Positions 27,933 to 40,041 of a stretch of DNA of 64,000 nucleotides are shown here, in pieces; the stretch's first letter is position 1; the number at the start of each line of letters is the position of its first letter. The DNA comes from an uncultured Acidobacteriota bacterium. Its GTDB lineage: Bacteria > Acidobacteriota > UBA6911. The stretch is from positions 505,466 to 569,465 of the forward strand of contig CAWHCF010000023.1 in NCBI GenBank assembly GCA_963827655.1, read 5' to 3'. A program made the translations under genes and the position numbers. The notes beneath the pieces were generated by a model. That model ran no database searches, was not told where the DNA came from, and worked only from the letters and a program-made list of their open reading frames with translations.

Positions 27933-28628
27933 TTACTGGCGCGGCGTGTCACTACGAGTTCGTCGAAAACCAAGGTGCGCCGGCCCCATCCTCGTGACCT
28001 CAAGACCGGCAACCCCCGACAACCGGACACACTCTCTCAATTCCCGCAAGGTGTAGGCAGAGCGAACAGAGGCTTCAAACAGCTCGCGCATTTTACCCTC
28101 GTAGTTGCGCCCATGCTGACGGACGTGATAGCGGTAGATCAGGCGGTTGGGCCGGCGCAGGTCGCGGAGCAGAAGAGCTCCGGAAGGCTTGCAGACGCGA
28201 GCCATTTCACGGATGAGCTGAACCGGGTCGGGCACATGATGGAGGACGGAGTTACACAAAACCGCATCAAACAGCCCGCCGTCGTATGCGGTGCGCTTGA
28301 CATCTCCGTAATTAAACAGAATCCGCATTTCGACTCCCCACCGATTCGCGTCCATAGCAGCTTTGCGAAGCATGGCGTCCGACAGGTCGATCGCATGAAT
28401 TATCAAGGACGGGTTGCGAAGCGCCAGCTTTATTGGAATTTGACCGGGACCGGTCCCGAGATCGAGAACCATACCCTTTTCCACCCCGAGCTGGAGGGCC
28501 TGGTCTACAAATGAATCGTCCAGGGCCTCGAGATGTCTCAGCGCCGTTGCAGAGGCGTAAGCTTCGGCTTCTTCCTCGTCCGCCATGATCTCGGGCTCCG
28601 GTATCCTCGAAATATCCAGGAGTCCCAT
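27933..28628 (-). CDS. Class I SAM-dependent methyltransferase
   Basis: RIPEPEIM, VLDLGTGPG, AIDLSDAML, CNSVLHH, LRDLRRP. Confidence 0.88.
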   Translation of the reverse strand: MGLLDISRIPEPEIMADEEEAEAYASATALRHLEALDDSFVDQALQLGVEKGMVLDLGTGPGQIPIKLALRNPSLIIHAIDLSDAMLRKAAMDANRWGVEMRILFNYGDVKRTAYDGGLFDAVLCNSVLHHVPDPVQLIREMARVCKPSGALLLRDLRRPNRLIYRYHVRQHGRNYEGKMRELFEASVRSAYTLRELRECVRLSGVAGLEVTRMGPAHLGFRRTRSDTPRQ

Positions 28629-28765
28629 ACCTTGTGCTCCCGTAAAATCCTTCGCGTCTTTGCGTCTTCGTGGTGCATGCGAGACTCGAACAGTCGCCAA
28701 CCAGCGGGTTGACTTGTATAATAGAAGGTTACGTTTCCACAACAATAACCATCAGGGGATATGCA

Positions 28766-29686
28766 GTGGAAAAAGAGAGAATCGAAGGAGCAATCATCGA
28801 GGAGCCCGAAGAGGTTCCTCAATCCACCTGGGTATTGGTCGGGCAGTTCTTTGTTGTCCCGGTGGTTATCGTGGCATTGTGCGTGGGCATTTTTATCCTG
28901 TTCGGGTTGATCACCGGCGATGCCAGGACCGCCCGCGACTACCTCGAGGAAGTCCGGGCTGGCAAAGGCAATCGCCGTTGGCAGGCCGCCTTTGAGCTGT
29001 CCAAGTACCTGAATCAGAAGGGCAGCCAGAACAAGGAGCCGCGGCTTGCTCGGGACATCAGCTCAGCCTTCAGGAATGCCAAGGATGACGATCCCCGAGT
29101 CCGGCAATACCTGGCTCTGGCGATGGGCAGTCTTCGAGACGGCGTGGCCGTCGAACCATTGCTCGAATCATTCGACGACATCAGTCCTGAAGTTCGTTTG
29201 TTCTCAGTCTGGGCCCTGGGTGAAATACGAGATGCGCGGGCCGTAGAGCCGCTGCTCAAGATCGTCGAGACGCAGGACCACGACCTTAGAAAAATGACTA
29301 TCTACAGCCTGGGACTCCTGCAGGATGCGCGCGCGCTTCCGGCGCTCCACGCGGCTCTGAATGACAATCACCAGGACGTTCGGTGGAATGCCGCTCTCGC
29401 CCTGGCGCGGTTTCAGGACGCTTCCGGGATGGAGATTCTCCATCAAATGCTCGACCGAAAATCGCTGGATTCCTCATCGGAGATCAACGAGCAGCAGAAG
29501 TCTGAAGCTATCATCAACGCAACGCGCGCCGTCGCTCTGCTCAAAGATTCATCCGCCCGGCCGCTGCTGGAAGAGCTCAAAGCGAATGATCCCGATGTGA
29601 AAGTCCGCTCAGCGGCCATCGAAGCTCTCAAGGAAATTGGGGTATCGGGCAGCGTCGACCACAGAAAGAAGGCCGGATCTCCTTGA
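28766..29686 (+). CDS. Membrane-anchored HEAT/PBS-lyase repeat protein
   Basis: TM helix, then DPRVRQYLALAMG, VRLFSVWALG, VRWNAALAL repeats; GTG start after AGGGG. Confidence 0.82.
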   Translation: MEKERIEGAIIEEPEEVPQSTWVLVGQFFVVPVVIVALCVGIFILFGLITGDARTARDYLEEVRAGKGNRRWQAAFELSKYLNQKGSQNKEPRLARDISSAFRNAKDDDPRVRQYLALAMGSLRDGVAVEPLLESFDDISPEVRLFSVWALGEIRDARAVEPLLKIVETQDHDLRKMTIYSLGLLQDARALPALHAALNDNHQDVRWNAALALARFQDASGMEILHQMLDRKSLDSSSEINEQQKSEAIINATRAVALLKDSSARPLLEELKANDPDVKVRSAAIEALKEIGVSGSVDHRKKAGSP

Positions 29687-29710
29687 CTTGGTAACGATTT
29701 GAAATAGAAT
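29683..29710 (+). promoter_or_regulatory. Putative sigma70 promoter of the Rieske/cytochrome b operon
   Basis: TTGACT-16 nt-TAGAAT in an AT-rich gap. Confidence 0.45.
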
Positions 29711-29798
29711 AAAAACCGTTGTCGGGTGGCCGTAGGTTATCTTACGAGCCGCCAATAGTTTATGTAAGTTCGCAAAATCTACCTTACAGATATTCAAC

Positions 29799-30377
29799 AT
29801 GACACCGAACGAGAAACAGAGTGCCGCGCCTGTGGCGGCGGCCCCCGGGCCGGCAGCACCCGCGCGTCCAGCTGCTGCGAAAAAAGAGGAGACGGTCAGT
29901 CGAAGAGAATTCAACTGGCTTGCCGTCGCCTGGACCGCTTTTACCGCAGCCAGCATTGCTGGCCTTACCGCGACCATGCGGTTTATGTTCCCGAATGTTC
30001 TTTTCGAACCGCCCACCATCTTCAAGGCTGGCCTTCCCGAGTCGTACAAGCCAGGTGAAGTGGATGAGCGCTACAAGGACAAATTCGGGGTCTGGGTGGT
30101 CCGGACTGAGGAGAACATCATTTATGTTCTATCCACAGTATGTACTCACCTGGGATGTCCGCCAAACTGGCTTCCAGCGGAACAGAAATTCAAGTGCCCG
30201 TGTCACGGGAGTGGCTATTACAAAAACGGTATCAACTTCGAAGGACCCACGCCCCGCCCGCTCGAACGCTTCAGGGTGACACTCGGCGACGACGGCCAGC
30301 TTATCGTGGACAAGAACCGGAAATTCCAGTACGAGAAGGGCGAGTGGAAGGATCCGGAGTCGTTTCTGAAGCTGTAG
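29799..30377 (+). CDS. petC: Rieske iron-sulfur subunit
   Basis: Tat SRREF, CTHLGC, CPCHGS, GPTPRPL. Confidence 0.93.
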   Translation: MTPNEKQSAAPVAAAPGPAAPARPAAAKKEETVSRREFNWLAVAWTAFTAASIAGLTATMRFMFPNVLFEPPTIFKAGLPESYKPGEVDERYKDKFGVWVVRTEENIIYVLSTVCTHLGCPPNWLPAEQKFKCPCHGSGYYKNGINFEGPTPRPLERFRVTLGDDGQLIVDKNRKFQYEKGEWKDPESFLKL

Positions 30378-30531
30378 TCGCGGGCAATCCTGAGAATACC
30401 GGGCTTGCTTGCTGGAAGCGCGTGGGAAAGCTTTGCTCTGCCCGAGGCTTCCCGCTTTTACGGGAACGCCATTTAAACCTCCATAGAAAGAGCCTCTACC
30501 GGCGAACTAATACTTAACTGGAAACGAAGGT

Positions 30532-31317
30532 ATGGGAAAAATCAAAGAATTCCTCGATTCTTTTTCAAACACTCAAGTCTGGAAATCGATCGTACGGCAT
30601 GGCATCCCGCGCACCGATCGCAACCGGGCCCTTGCCGTTCTATCGAACGTCTTCTTACACCTTCACCCGGTCAAGGTGCGCAAATCCGGAATCAAGCTCA
30701 AGTACACGTGGTGCATGGGTGGGATTACCTTCTTCCTCTTCCTGGTCGAGACCTTCACGGGACTCCTGTTGATGTTCTACTATCGGCCCACCGTGGAATA
30801 CGCGTACGTCGACATCATCGATCTTGCGGAGCAAGTGCCCCTGGGCATCATGCGCGAGCTTCATCGCTGGGGGGCTCACGCCATGGTGATTTCGGTCATG
30901 CTCCACATGTTCCGCGTCTTCATGACCGGATCGTACAAGCCTCCGCGTGAATTCAACTGGAGCATCGGGGTGTTGCTGCTGGTTCTGACCTTTCTTCTCA
31001 GCTTTACCGGATACCTCCTTCCCTGGGATCAGCTGGCAATGTGGGCTATTACGGTCGGCAGCAACATGGCCCGGGCGACACCGATGCTAGGTAACGAAGG
31101 ACCCGGGTCTGCCCTGCTAGCACTGGGCGACATCCGGCTGGTCCATGCCGGGGATGACGCGCGCTTCTTCCTGCTGGCGGGAAAAGTAGTGGGAGCCGGC
31201 GCGTTGCTTCGATTTTACGTGCTCCACTGCGTTGCAATCCCCGTGATAGCCGGATTCCTGATGGCGGTCCATTTCTGGCGCGTGCGCAAGGACGGCGGGA
31301 TTTCCGGACCTCTATAA
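30532..31317 (+). CDS. petB: Cytochrome b6-like subunit (split cytochrome b, N-terminal part)
   Basis: [40 protein letters not shown]. Confidence 0.92.
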   Translation: MGKIKEFLDSFSNTQVWKSIVRHGIPRTDRNRALAVLSNVFLHLHPVKVRKSGIKLKYTWCMGGITFFLFLVETFTGLLLMFYYRPTVEYAYVDIIDLAEQVPLGIMRELHRWGAHAMVISVMLHMFRVFMTGSYKPPREFNWSIGVLLLVLTFLLSFTGYLLPWDQLAMWAITVGSNMARATPMLGNEGPGSALLALGDIRLVHAGDDARFFLLAGKVVGAGALLRFYVLHCVAIPVIAGFLMAVHFWRVRKDGGISGPL

Positions 31318-31336
31318 AATCAGCTGGGGGACTTAC

Positions 31337-32413
31337 ATGGAATTTATCAAAGCGACTATTAACTGGCTTTCAGATCCGACGCGCTTGCTGCCCATAGCTG
31401 CCATCTTGTTCTTGATCTCGATCCGCATCCCTGCATTCTGGTCAAAAAGAGGGGGCTTAATCGCCCTCTCGCTGGTGACCGGATTCATGGGAATAAGCCT
31501 TCTCGATCCCAATTTCAGAATCATCATCACCAAGCCGGACAACGTTCCCATCGTCGGACTGATCTTTCTGGTCGGGTTCTTCACCTGGCTCGCCCTGCAC
31601 CAGGGTTTTGCCAACGACCGGCGCATAGCTGAGGGGAAGCTCCCGGCCGAGAAGGAGACGACAAGCGACAAGGTCTGGGTCTGGCCCGATCTGGTTTACA
31701 CCGAGCTTATCTCGATGGTGATTTTCGGCGCCGTGATGATCGTCTGGTCGGTTTATCTCAAGGCGCCGCTGGAGGAGCCGGCCAACCCGAGCGTGGCTCC
31801 AAATCCTTCCAAGGCTCCCTGGTATTTCCTGGGCCTCCAGGAAATGCTGGTGTACTACGACCCCTGGATCGCGGGAGTCTTTCTTCCCAGTTTGATCATT
31901 GTCGGGCTCATGGCGACACCATTCCTGGATGTGAATCCGAAAGGAAATGGTTACTTCACGTTCAAAGAAAGGAAATACGAGATCACCGTGTTCCTGTTCG
32001 GGTTCGTGATCCTGTGGGTCCTGCTGATCATTCTCGGCACTTTCCTGCGCGGCCCCAACTGGAACTTTTTCGGGCCCTACGAATACTGGGACGTGCACTA
32101 CCTCTTACCGCTCAACAACGTCAACTTGAGCGAGTTTATTTTTGTGAAATGGTTTGGGACAGGGCTGCCTCAGTTTTGGTTGTTTCGCGAACTGCCCGGG
32201 ATCATCCTGGTGATTCTTTATTTCGTGGTCACGCCGCTCGTGTTCGCCAAAACGTGGTTCAGGAAATTCTTCCTTAGCATGGGTGCGGTGCGGTTTCAGA
32301 TCATGATGTTTCTGCTGCTGTGCATGTTCAGCTTGCCCATCAAGATGGTGCTCCGCTGGACCATGAATCTAAAATACATCGTGGCTATCCCGGAATACTT
32401 CTTCAATATCTAG
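31337..32413 (+). CDS. petD: Cytochrome b subunit IV-like protein with extra TM helices
   Basis: VWPDLV, APLEEPANP...PNPSKAPWYF (PEWY equivalent). Confidence 0.8.
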   Translation: MEFIKATINWLSDPTRLLPIAAILFLISIRIPAFWSKRGGLIALSLVTGFMGISLLDPNFRIIITKPDNVPIVGLIFLVGFFTWLALHQGFANDRRIAEGKLPAEKETTSDKVWVWPDLVYTELISMVIFGAVMIVWSVYLKAPLEEPANPSVAPNPSKAPWYFLGLQEMLVYYDPWIAGVFLPSLIIVGLMATPFLDVNPKGNGYFTFKERKYEITVFLFGFVILWVLLIILGTFLRGPNWNFFGPYEYWDVHYLLPLNNVNLSEFIFVKWFGTGLPQFWLFRELPGIILVILYFVVTPLVFAKTWFRKFFLSMGAVRFQIMMFLLLCMFSLPIKMVLRWTMNLKYIVAIPEYFFNI

Positions 32414-32426
32414 GATAGGTGGATGA

Positions 32427-35297
32427 ATGGCTACCGAAAGACCGGATCGCAATTATGACAGTCGAGACTTGAACAAGTGGTTTGCCATTGGCAGCCTCGT
32501 CCTGCTGGTTGTGACGCTTCTCATGGTCGCGGATGATTATTCCCGCCAGTGGAAAGACTTCCAGCGGCAGTTTCATCGGCTGGAGGCCGGCCGCACGCAG
32601 CGCGAGATCAGGGAAGCCGAGAAAGCGCTCAACAGCGCCGACATGAAGAAACTGGAGGCGGAGCTGAAACAGGCGCTGGGCGAAATCGACCAGCGGAGGT
32701 CCGAGTATGACAAAGCGTTGAAGACTCTGGAGCAGGCTCGATGCCGACTTCTACGGCAAAGACCTCGACTATCGCTTCGCGAAAGCGAATTACGATTCAA
32801 AGAAATACGAAACCGAGCTGCAGATCGAACATTTGCGCGCGCAGAAGAAAATCAAGGAAGGCGACGCCAGGCAGGCCGAGCTCGATGCCGTCAAGAAGAC
32901 AATGGACGAAACCAGGGTGGCCCTCGAGGCCGTGACCACTCAGCAAGACGCGGCCAAAGCAGAGGTAGCCCGGCTTGCAGGCGGGCTCGACGACATCGAA
33001 GCCAGAAAGAAGAAGATGGAGGCCTCCCGGGACCGGCTGCAGAAAAGACTCGCCACCGTCGAACCCGGCTTCGTAACCTGGCTGGTGAACGCTCCCATGC
33101 TCGATTTCATGGCCCCCACCCTCCAGGTACAGCAGGTGGTACTGCCCAAGCTAAGACACGACATAAACTTCATGGAGATCCCGCGCGTCGATCGCTGCAT
33201 GACCTGCCACACCGTCATAGACAAGCCGGGATATGAAAAAGGCGCTCAGCCCTTCCGCACCCATCCCAATCTCAAGCTATATGTCGATCCGGGCTCCAAA
33301 CATCCGATGGAGAGCTTCGGGTGCACAGCCTGTCACGGCGGCCGCGATCGTGGAACTTCCTTCAACAACGCCGCGCACACCCCCGACAACGAGAAACAGG
33401 AGAAGGAGTGGAAAGACAAGTACGACTGGGAGGCCATGCACTACTGGGAAACTCCGATGCGGTCTCGGAGCCATTTCTTTGCCGGCTGTTACCAGTGTCA
33501 CTCCCAGGAGGCCGGATCGCCGAAGCCGCTCCTCTCGACCGCGGTCTGAGAATCCTGGAAGTTTCCGGTTGTTATGGCTGCCACCAGATCAAAGGATTCG
33601 AGAAACTCCGCAAGGGCGGACCCGATCTGGATCACATTGCCAGCAAGACGGACAAGAACTGGGTGTTTCGGTGGATTCGCGATCCGCGCAGCTTCCGAAC
33701 CAGCGCCCGAATGCCCAGCTTCTTCCTGCAGAGTAACCAGCAGGAAGGAGCCGTCGGCGATCGTCCGTCCGACCGTGAGCTGAACGATGCCGAAATCGAG
33801 GGAATCGTCACCTATATCTGGGACAAGGCGACCCCGATCAAGTATGACCCGGTCAGCGGAACGGGAGATCCGCAAAAGGGGAAAGAGCTGGTCCAGAGCA
33901 TCGGTTGCCTCGGATGCCACACCGATGATCCCAAGGAGACCTTCCCGGACCGTGCGCAGCCGCGCGCCTTTGGGCCCAATCTCGCAGGTCTAGGGAGCAA
34001 GACCAGCCAGACCTGGGTCTTCCGCTGGCTCAAAGACCCGAAGCATTACTGGAAAGATGCTTTCATGCCCAATCTCCGTCTTTCCGATCAGGAGGCGCTG
34101 GACGTCTCCTCTTACTTGCTGAGCCAGCGAAATGCGGACTTCGACAAGATCCAGGTTCCCGCGATAAGCGCCAAGGCGAGAGACTGGTTGACGCGGGAAT
34201 ACCTGAGCGCCCGCATGAGCCTGGCTGCAACAGACGCCAAGATGAAAACGATGACCGAAATGGACAAGAAGCTCTATCTTGGCGAGAAGATGATCAACAA
34301 GTACGGCTGTTTCGGCTGCCATCAGATCAAGGGGTTTGAGAACACCCAGCCCATCGGAACCGAGCTGACCGAAGAAGGGAGCAAGCTGGTAACCCGGCTC
34401 GACTTTGGTCTGGAAGAGACGCTGGAGCACACCCTTCCCGCATGGATGAGAGCCAAGCTGGAGAATCCACGGCGATTCGACCGGGGAAAGATCAAGACCT
34501 GGGACGAGAAGCTCAAGATGCCCAACTTCCATCTCAACAAGCAGGAAATAACCGATCTGGTCACGGTCATCCAGGCGTTCTCCAAGGCCAGAATGGATAC
34601 CGATATGCGCCCTGCCGTCACGGCGCAACGAGCCGCCATCGAGGAAGGACGGCGTATCATCCGGGATCACAACTGCACGGCTTGCCACATCCTTGGAAAG
34701 CAAGGAGGGGCCATCCGGGCCAAGATCAAGGACCCGGGGTATTTTCCACCGAGCCTGGATGGAGAAGGCGAGAAGGTAATTCCCGTGTGGCTGTTTACCT
34801 TTCTCAAAGGCCCGACGACAATACGCCCCTGGCTCAACGTACGGATGCCCACCTTTGGGTTGAATGACCACGAAACCGTCGCGATTTCCAGGATGTTTGC
34901 CAATCTCGACAAGGCGGAATATCCGTTCGAGAGCGAATATTTCAAATTGGAGCCTGCGACCCCGGATTTGTTGGCGGGAGGCTCGAAGCTGTTTACGGAT
35001 TTCAAGTGTCTCCAGTGCCATTTCACGGCAGAGGGAAAGACCGAGCGCGACGCGGCGGATCTCGCGCCTAACCTGTCGCTGGCCCGGGCTCGACTAAGAC
35101 CCGCCTGGATCGAGAAGTGGCTCCGCGATCCTCAGGCGCTGCAGCTGGGGACACGCATGCCGGCTTACTTCCCGGATATGAAGTCTCCTGACCCGCAGAC
35201 GTTGGGAGGGGATGCGGCCTTGCAGATCAAGGCGCTGAAATACCACGTGCTCGGCTTGGGCCCCAAGGCACCTCCCGTGACTACGGGAAACGAGTGA
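32427..35297 (+). CDS. Membrane-anchored multiheme cytochrome c (8 CxxCH); apparent frameshifts near 32735 and 33510
   Basis: Three track ORFs join: TM, coiled coil, CMTCH, CTACH, CYQCH, CYGCH, CLGCH, CFGCH, CTACH, CLQCH with MP axial-Met motifs. Confidence 0.85.
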
Positions 35298-35317
35298 GCG
35301 TGAGAACCAAATCGGCG

Positions 35318-36106
35318 ATGAAGTCGCGTATCTGTCGTCTGTCTTTTGTTCGCACTCCTGCTGGCCGGCGTGCGCCTCTCCTCAGAAGGAGAGCCCGCCG
35401 CCGGCTGCGCCTCCCCCGGCAGCATCGACTCCCGCCACTCCGGTCTATGAGGAGGTTACGGTGGAGAACGCGGGCACGATCTCGGGGACTGTAAAATTCG
35501 CGGGGGCAAAACCCAAGCTCGCGCCCAGGCCGGTTTCCTGCAAGGAATCCCGAAGTCTGTGGACACGGCGCCAAGCCGTCGGAAGAGGTGCTGTTGGGTG
35601 AGGGCGGAGCCTTGCGCAACGTTGTCGTGTATCTCGACGGCATCAAGAAGGGTAAGAAAATGCCGTCGGCCAACCCGGTCCTCGATCAGAAGAAATGCGA
35701 CTACATCCCTCATGTCCAGGCCGTCGCCGCAGGATCGACACTCGATATTCTCAATAGCGACGATCTCTTGCATAACGTCCATGGAAAACTCAACGGGCGC
35801 GAGACAATTTTCAACTACGCGATGCCGCTCAAGGGGCAGAAGTTCTCAAAACAGCTTCCCAAACCGGGTGTCATCAACCTGCAATGCGACGCGGGCCATA
35901 CCTGGATGAAGGCTTACATCGTGGTCGTGGATAATCCCTACTACCAGACCACCGACAGCAAGGGAATCTTCGCATTGACGGAGGTTCCACCCGGTGATTA
36001 TCGCGTCAAGGCGTGGCACGAGAAGTATGGCGTTCAGGAGCAGAACGTGACGGTAAGCGCGGGCGGCGACTCCAAGGTTACGTTTGAATTCAAGCCTGCC
36101 GGCTAG
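35318..36106 (+). CDS. Exported carboxypeptidase-regulatory/cupredoxin-like protein; several apparent 5' frameshifts
   Basis: GTISGTVKFAG in an upstream frame; LDQKKCDYIPHV, NSDDLLHNVH, CDAGHTWM, VPPGDYRVKAWHE. Confidence 0.7.
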
Positions 36107-36119
36107 CCCCTGCTGTGAG

Positions 36120-36214
36120 CTTCCGCGTTTCTCGGTATCTTCGTGTCTTTGTGGTTAGAGCTGTCTAACAGATACCACGAAGACTCAAAGACACGAAGAA
36201 ACACCAAGAATCTT
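36120..36214. repeat. Inverted pair of octamer-trimer repeats
   Basis: ctcggtat cttcgtgt ctttgtgg tta ... ta ccacgaag actcaaag acacgaag. Confidence 0.8.
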
Positions 36215-36264
36215 GCCAAAAAAGCAAGAAATTACGACCTGGTAATACAAAGAGGTGGCTACTG

Positions 36265-38953
36265 ATGCCGGTAGTTGCTGGCGCTTGTCTTGACCATTAC
36301 GAAATCCTCTCGCCGCTCGGTGCGGGCGGCATGGGCGAAGTCTGGCGATCTCGCGACATTCGGCTCAACCGCGAAGTCGCCATCAAAGTCCTGCCTGCTT
36401 CCTTTGCAAATGATGGTGACCGGTTGCGCCGTTTCGAGCAGGAAGCGCTGGCGACTTCGGCGCTCAACCATCCGAACATTATGACCATCCACGACATCGG
36501 CACAGCCCCACAAGAATTTGGGGGTGGGCCCTACCTTGTCACCGAGTTGCTTGAAGGTGCAGCACTGCGCGAACAATTGAATGAAGGGGCGCTGCCTGTC
36601 CGGAAGGCGATTGAGTACGCGCAGCAGATTGCCACTGGCCTGGCTGCCGCGCACGAGAGAGGCATCGTCCATCGTGACCTCAAGCCGGAGAACCTGTTCG
36701 TGACCACAGACGGTCGGGTCAAGATTCTCGATTTCGGGCTGGCGAAACTGAAGCCACCGCAGGTTGGTGGCGTGGAGACTCAGGCGCCGACGCAGGAGAA
36801 GATCACCGCTCCGGGGACGGTGATGGGGACGGTTGGCTATATGGCGCCCGAGCAGGTGCGCGGGCAGGAGGCGGATCATCGGACGGACATCTTCAGCTTC
36901 GGCGTGATCCTGTATGAGATGCTGAGCGGCAGGCGCACCTTCAGCGGCGAGTCAGCGGTCGAGGTGATGAACGCGATCTTGAAGGAAGAGCCACCGGAGT
37001 TGAGCGAAACGAACACGAAGGTCAGCCCGCAGCTTGAGAAGATCGTGCGACGCTGTCTGGAGAAGCAGCCGGAACGGCGCTTCCATTCCGCGCACGACCT
37101 CGGCTTCGCGCTCGAGACCTTGTCCACACCATCAGGCTCGGAATTACCGGCGACGACGGAAAGCGCAGGCAAGTCGCGGCTGCTCGGCAATGCACGGCTG
37201 GCATGGCTCGCGGCGGCGGCATTGTTACTGGCAACTCTGGCTTTTGCCTGGCCCTACTTCACACGCCGGCCGGCGGCGGATGCGCGCGTCATGAAGCTGT
37301 CCCTCCTGCCGCCCGAGAAGGCGAGCTTTGACCACCTCGCCGTGTCGCCGGATGGGAGGTGGCTGGCCTTCACGGCGACGATGGGTGGCAGGGTGCAGCT
37401 CTGGGTGCGCGCCTTCAATTCCGCGGAAGCGAAGCCACTCGCAGGCACTGAGGGCGCCAGCCATCCTTTTTGGTCGCCCGACAGTCGTTTCATCGGCTTC
37501 TTCGTTCCCGGCAAGCTGAAGAAGATTGAGGTCTCAGGAGGGCTCCCCGCCACGCTGTGCGATGCCGGCGTTGCGACTGGCGGCGCGTGGAGCCGCGATG
37601 GCGTGATCCTCTTTTCAGAGCTGGGTGGCAACGGGTTGTCCCGCGTGTCCAGCACGGGCGGCGAAGTGACATCAGTCATCAGACCCGATTTTAACCGCCA
37701 GGAGTCGTCTGTTCATTACCCATGCTTCCTGCCGGATGGCCGGCATTTTCTCTATTCCAAAGTTAGTGCGCAAAAAGAGGTCCGTGGGATTTACCTCGCT
37801 TCACTTGACGGCGCAGTGAACGAGCGGCTGCTCGGCGATGACTCGAACGCCGTGTATGCTGCCTCCGGTAGTGATGGAGGGTATCTGCTCTTCGGGCGTG
37901 AAGGGGCATTAATGGCGCAGCCCTTTGATGCGGCGCGCCGGCAAGTCACTGGCGAGCCGTTCCCTGTTGCCGGGCAGGTCGGGACAGTCTCGGGCGGTGC
38001 GACCAGTATCCGCCGCCGGAATTTTTCTGTCTCCGACACTGGCGTACTGGTCTTTGATCCGCTCCCTGACCGGCAGCGCAACCAGTTGGTCTGGGTAGAC
38101 CGCGGAGGCAGAAAAACCGGCTCGCTGGATGGAATGGATAAAGTGGCCATGCTCAGACTCTCGCCTGATGATAAGCGCTTCGTGGTCAGCCCGCTCCGAA
38201 AGTAACGTCGATCTCTGGTTGTCCAATGTGACGGGCGGGAACGTCACGCGCTTTACCTTTGACCCGGCTAATGACCTATTTCCGGTCTGGTCGCCGGATG
38301 GGAGCCGCATCGCCTGGGCTTCCAACCGGGAAGGGGTCTTTCACCTCTATGAAAAAGCCGCCAGCGGCGCGGGGCAGGATGCGCTGCTGCTCAAGTCAGA
38401 TTACTTCAAATTTCCCACCGACTGGTCGCGGGACGGCCGCTTCATCATCTACCGCGAAATCAACCCGAAAACGAAATACGATGTGTGGGTCTTACCCGTC
38501 GGCCCACAGACCGGCGATCAGAAGCCTTTCCCCTTTCTTCAGACCGAGGCCAACGAAACTGCGGCGGTGCTCTCTCCTGATGGGCAGTGGATTGCCTATA
38601 GCTCGGATGAATCGGGCCGGTATGAAGTCTACGTCCAGAGCTTCCCCGGCGGCGGCAGCAAACGGCAGGTCTCGAGCAGCGGCGGGATCGGGCCGCGCTG
38701 GAGGGGGGACGGGAAAGAGTTGTTCTACCACGCGCCGGACGGGAAACTGATGGCGGTGGCGGTCAAGGGTGGAGCGAGTTTTGAAGCGGACGTGCCGGTC
38801 GCTCTCTTCGAGTTCCGCGCGGGTGGCAATTTCATAAGCCCGTATTTTGACGTGACCAAGGATGGGCAAAAGTTTCTGCTGAGCACGATTGTGGAAACCG
38901 AAGCGGTAACGCCGCTCACGATCGTGGTCAACTGGGCGGCGGAGGGGCGCTAG
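36265..38953 (+). CDS. Ser/Thr protein kinase with TM helix and TolB/WD40-like propellers; apparent frameshift near 38190
   Basis: [29 protein letters not shown]; repeated SPDG/WSPD blades across both track ORFs. Confidence 0.9.
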
Positions 38954-40041
38954 CGCTTTCGGGCAGCGTAATCTTTCGCCGAGGGGTAGGCTCCCCACGA
39001 CTCGGCTTGCTCCACCGCCCGCCCGATCGCCGTTGCGAGCACATCGGCTGCGAGCGCGCCCACCAGCCCCACGTCAGCGGACTTCCCGCTCTCTTTCCAT
39101 TCACCCGTGGCAATCGCGAAGACCGTATCACCGTCCCACGGGGTGTGCGACGGATTGATGCAGCGAGCCAGAGCGTCCTGAGCCATCTGGGCCACCTTGT
39201 TACACTGCGTCTTGCTTAGATCGGCGTTGGTGGCCACGACGGCAAGCACCGTGTTTTCGTTAAATGGCGTACCCGTCTGGTAGCCCTTGCGCAGTTGCTC
39301 GACGGCGTTTACAAAACCGCCACCGGTCTTGCGCGCCCCGGCGATGATCTTTCCAGAGCCCGGGTCCACCACATCCCCCACGCAATTCAGAGCCACGATC
39401 GCCCCCAGCGTCAGGCCGTCCGGCCTTCGCAGCGACCATGAACCAACCCCCGCTTTCATGGCGCGTTCGTGTCCCAGGAGCTTGCCGACGGTTGCGCCCG
39501 CTCCGGCCCCGACGTTCCCTTCCGGAACCGGCGCGTCGCTTGCGGTCCTGGCCGCTTCATAACCCGCGCGGAAATCAGGTCGAATCGAGGCGTCTCCCAT
39601 CCGTAGATCGAACAGAATGGCGCCGGATACGATGGGAACCCTGGCCACCTGCGTGTCGAATCCTCGACCCTGTTCTTCCAGGTACTTTACGACCCCGCCG
39701 GCGGCATCAAGTCCGAAAGCGCTGCCGCCCGAAAGCAAGATGGCGTTGACCCGGTCCACGGTGTTCTCGCTCTTCAGCAAGTCCGTTTCCCGGGTGCCAG
39801 GCGCTCCACCCCGGACATCGACTCCCGCGGCAAACGCGGAAGCCGAAGTAATTACCGTGCAGCCGGTCGGCCTTTCTTTCAGAGTGTAGTGCCCGACCAG
39901 AATTCCCTTAACGTCGGTCAAGGACGGAGTGCGCGCCGTCTGCTGGCCCGAGCGTGAGGCTGGAGAGCCCGGCAAGCAGGTCAAGAGCGACAGAGGGGCA
40001 AGCAGATAACAGGTAAAATGACGGTAGCTGATCCGGCTCAC
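38950..40041 (-). CDS. P1/DmpA-like (S58) peptidase
   Basis: VDVRGGAPGTRETD, LSGGSAFGL, EGNVGAGAGA, HTPWDGDTVF; GTG start after GGAGG. Confidence 0.9.
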   Translation of the reverse strand: MSRISYRHFTCYLLAPLSLLTCLPGSPASRSGQQTARTPSLTDVKGILVGHYTLKERPTGCTVITSASAFAAGVDVRGGAPGTRETDLLKSENTVDRVNAILLSGGSAFGLDAAGGVVKYLEEQGRGFDTQVARVPIVSGAILFDLRMGDASIRPDFRAGYEAARTASDAPVPEGNVGAGAGATVGKLLGHERAMKAGVGSWSLRRPDGLTLGAIVALNCVGDVVDPGSGKIIAGARKTGGGFVNAVEQLRKGYQTGTPFNENTVLAVVATNADLSKTQCNKVAQMAQDALARCINPSHTPWDGDTVFAIATGEWKESGKSADVGLVGALAADVLATAIGRAVEQAESWGAYPSAKDYAARKR

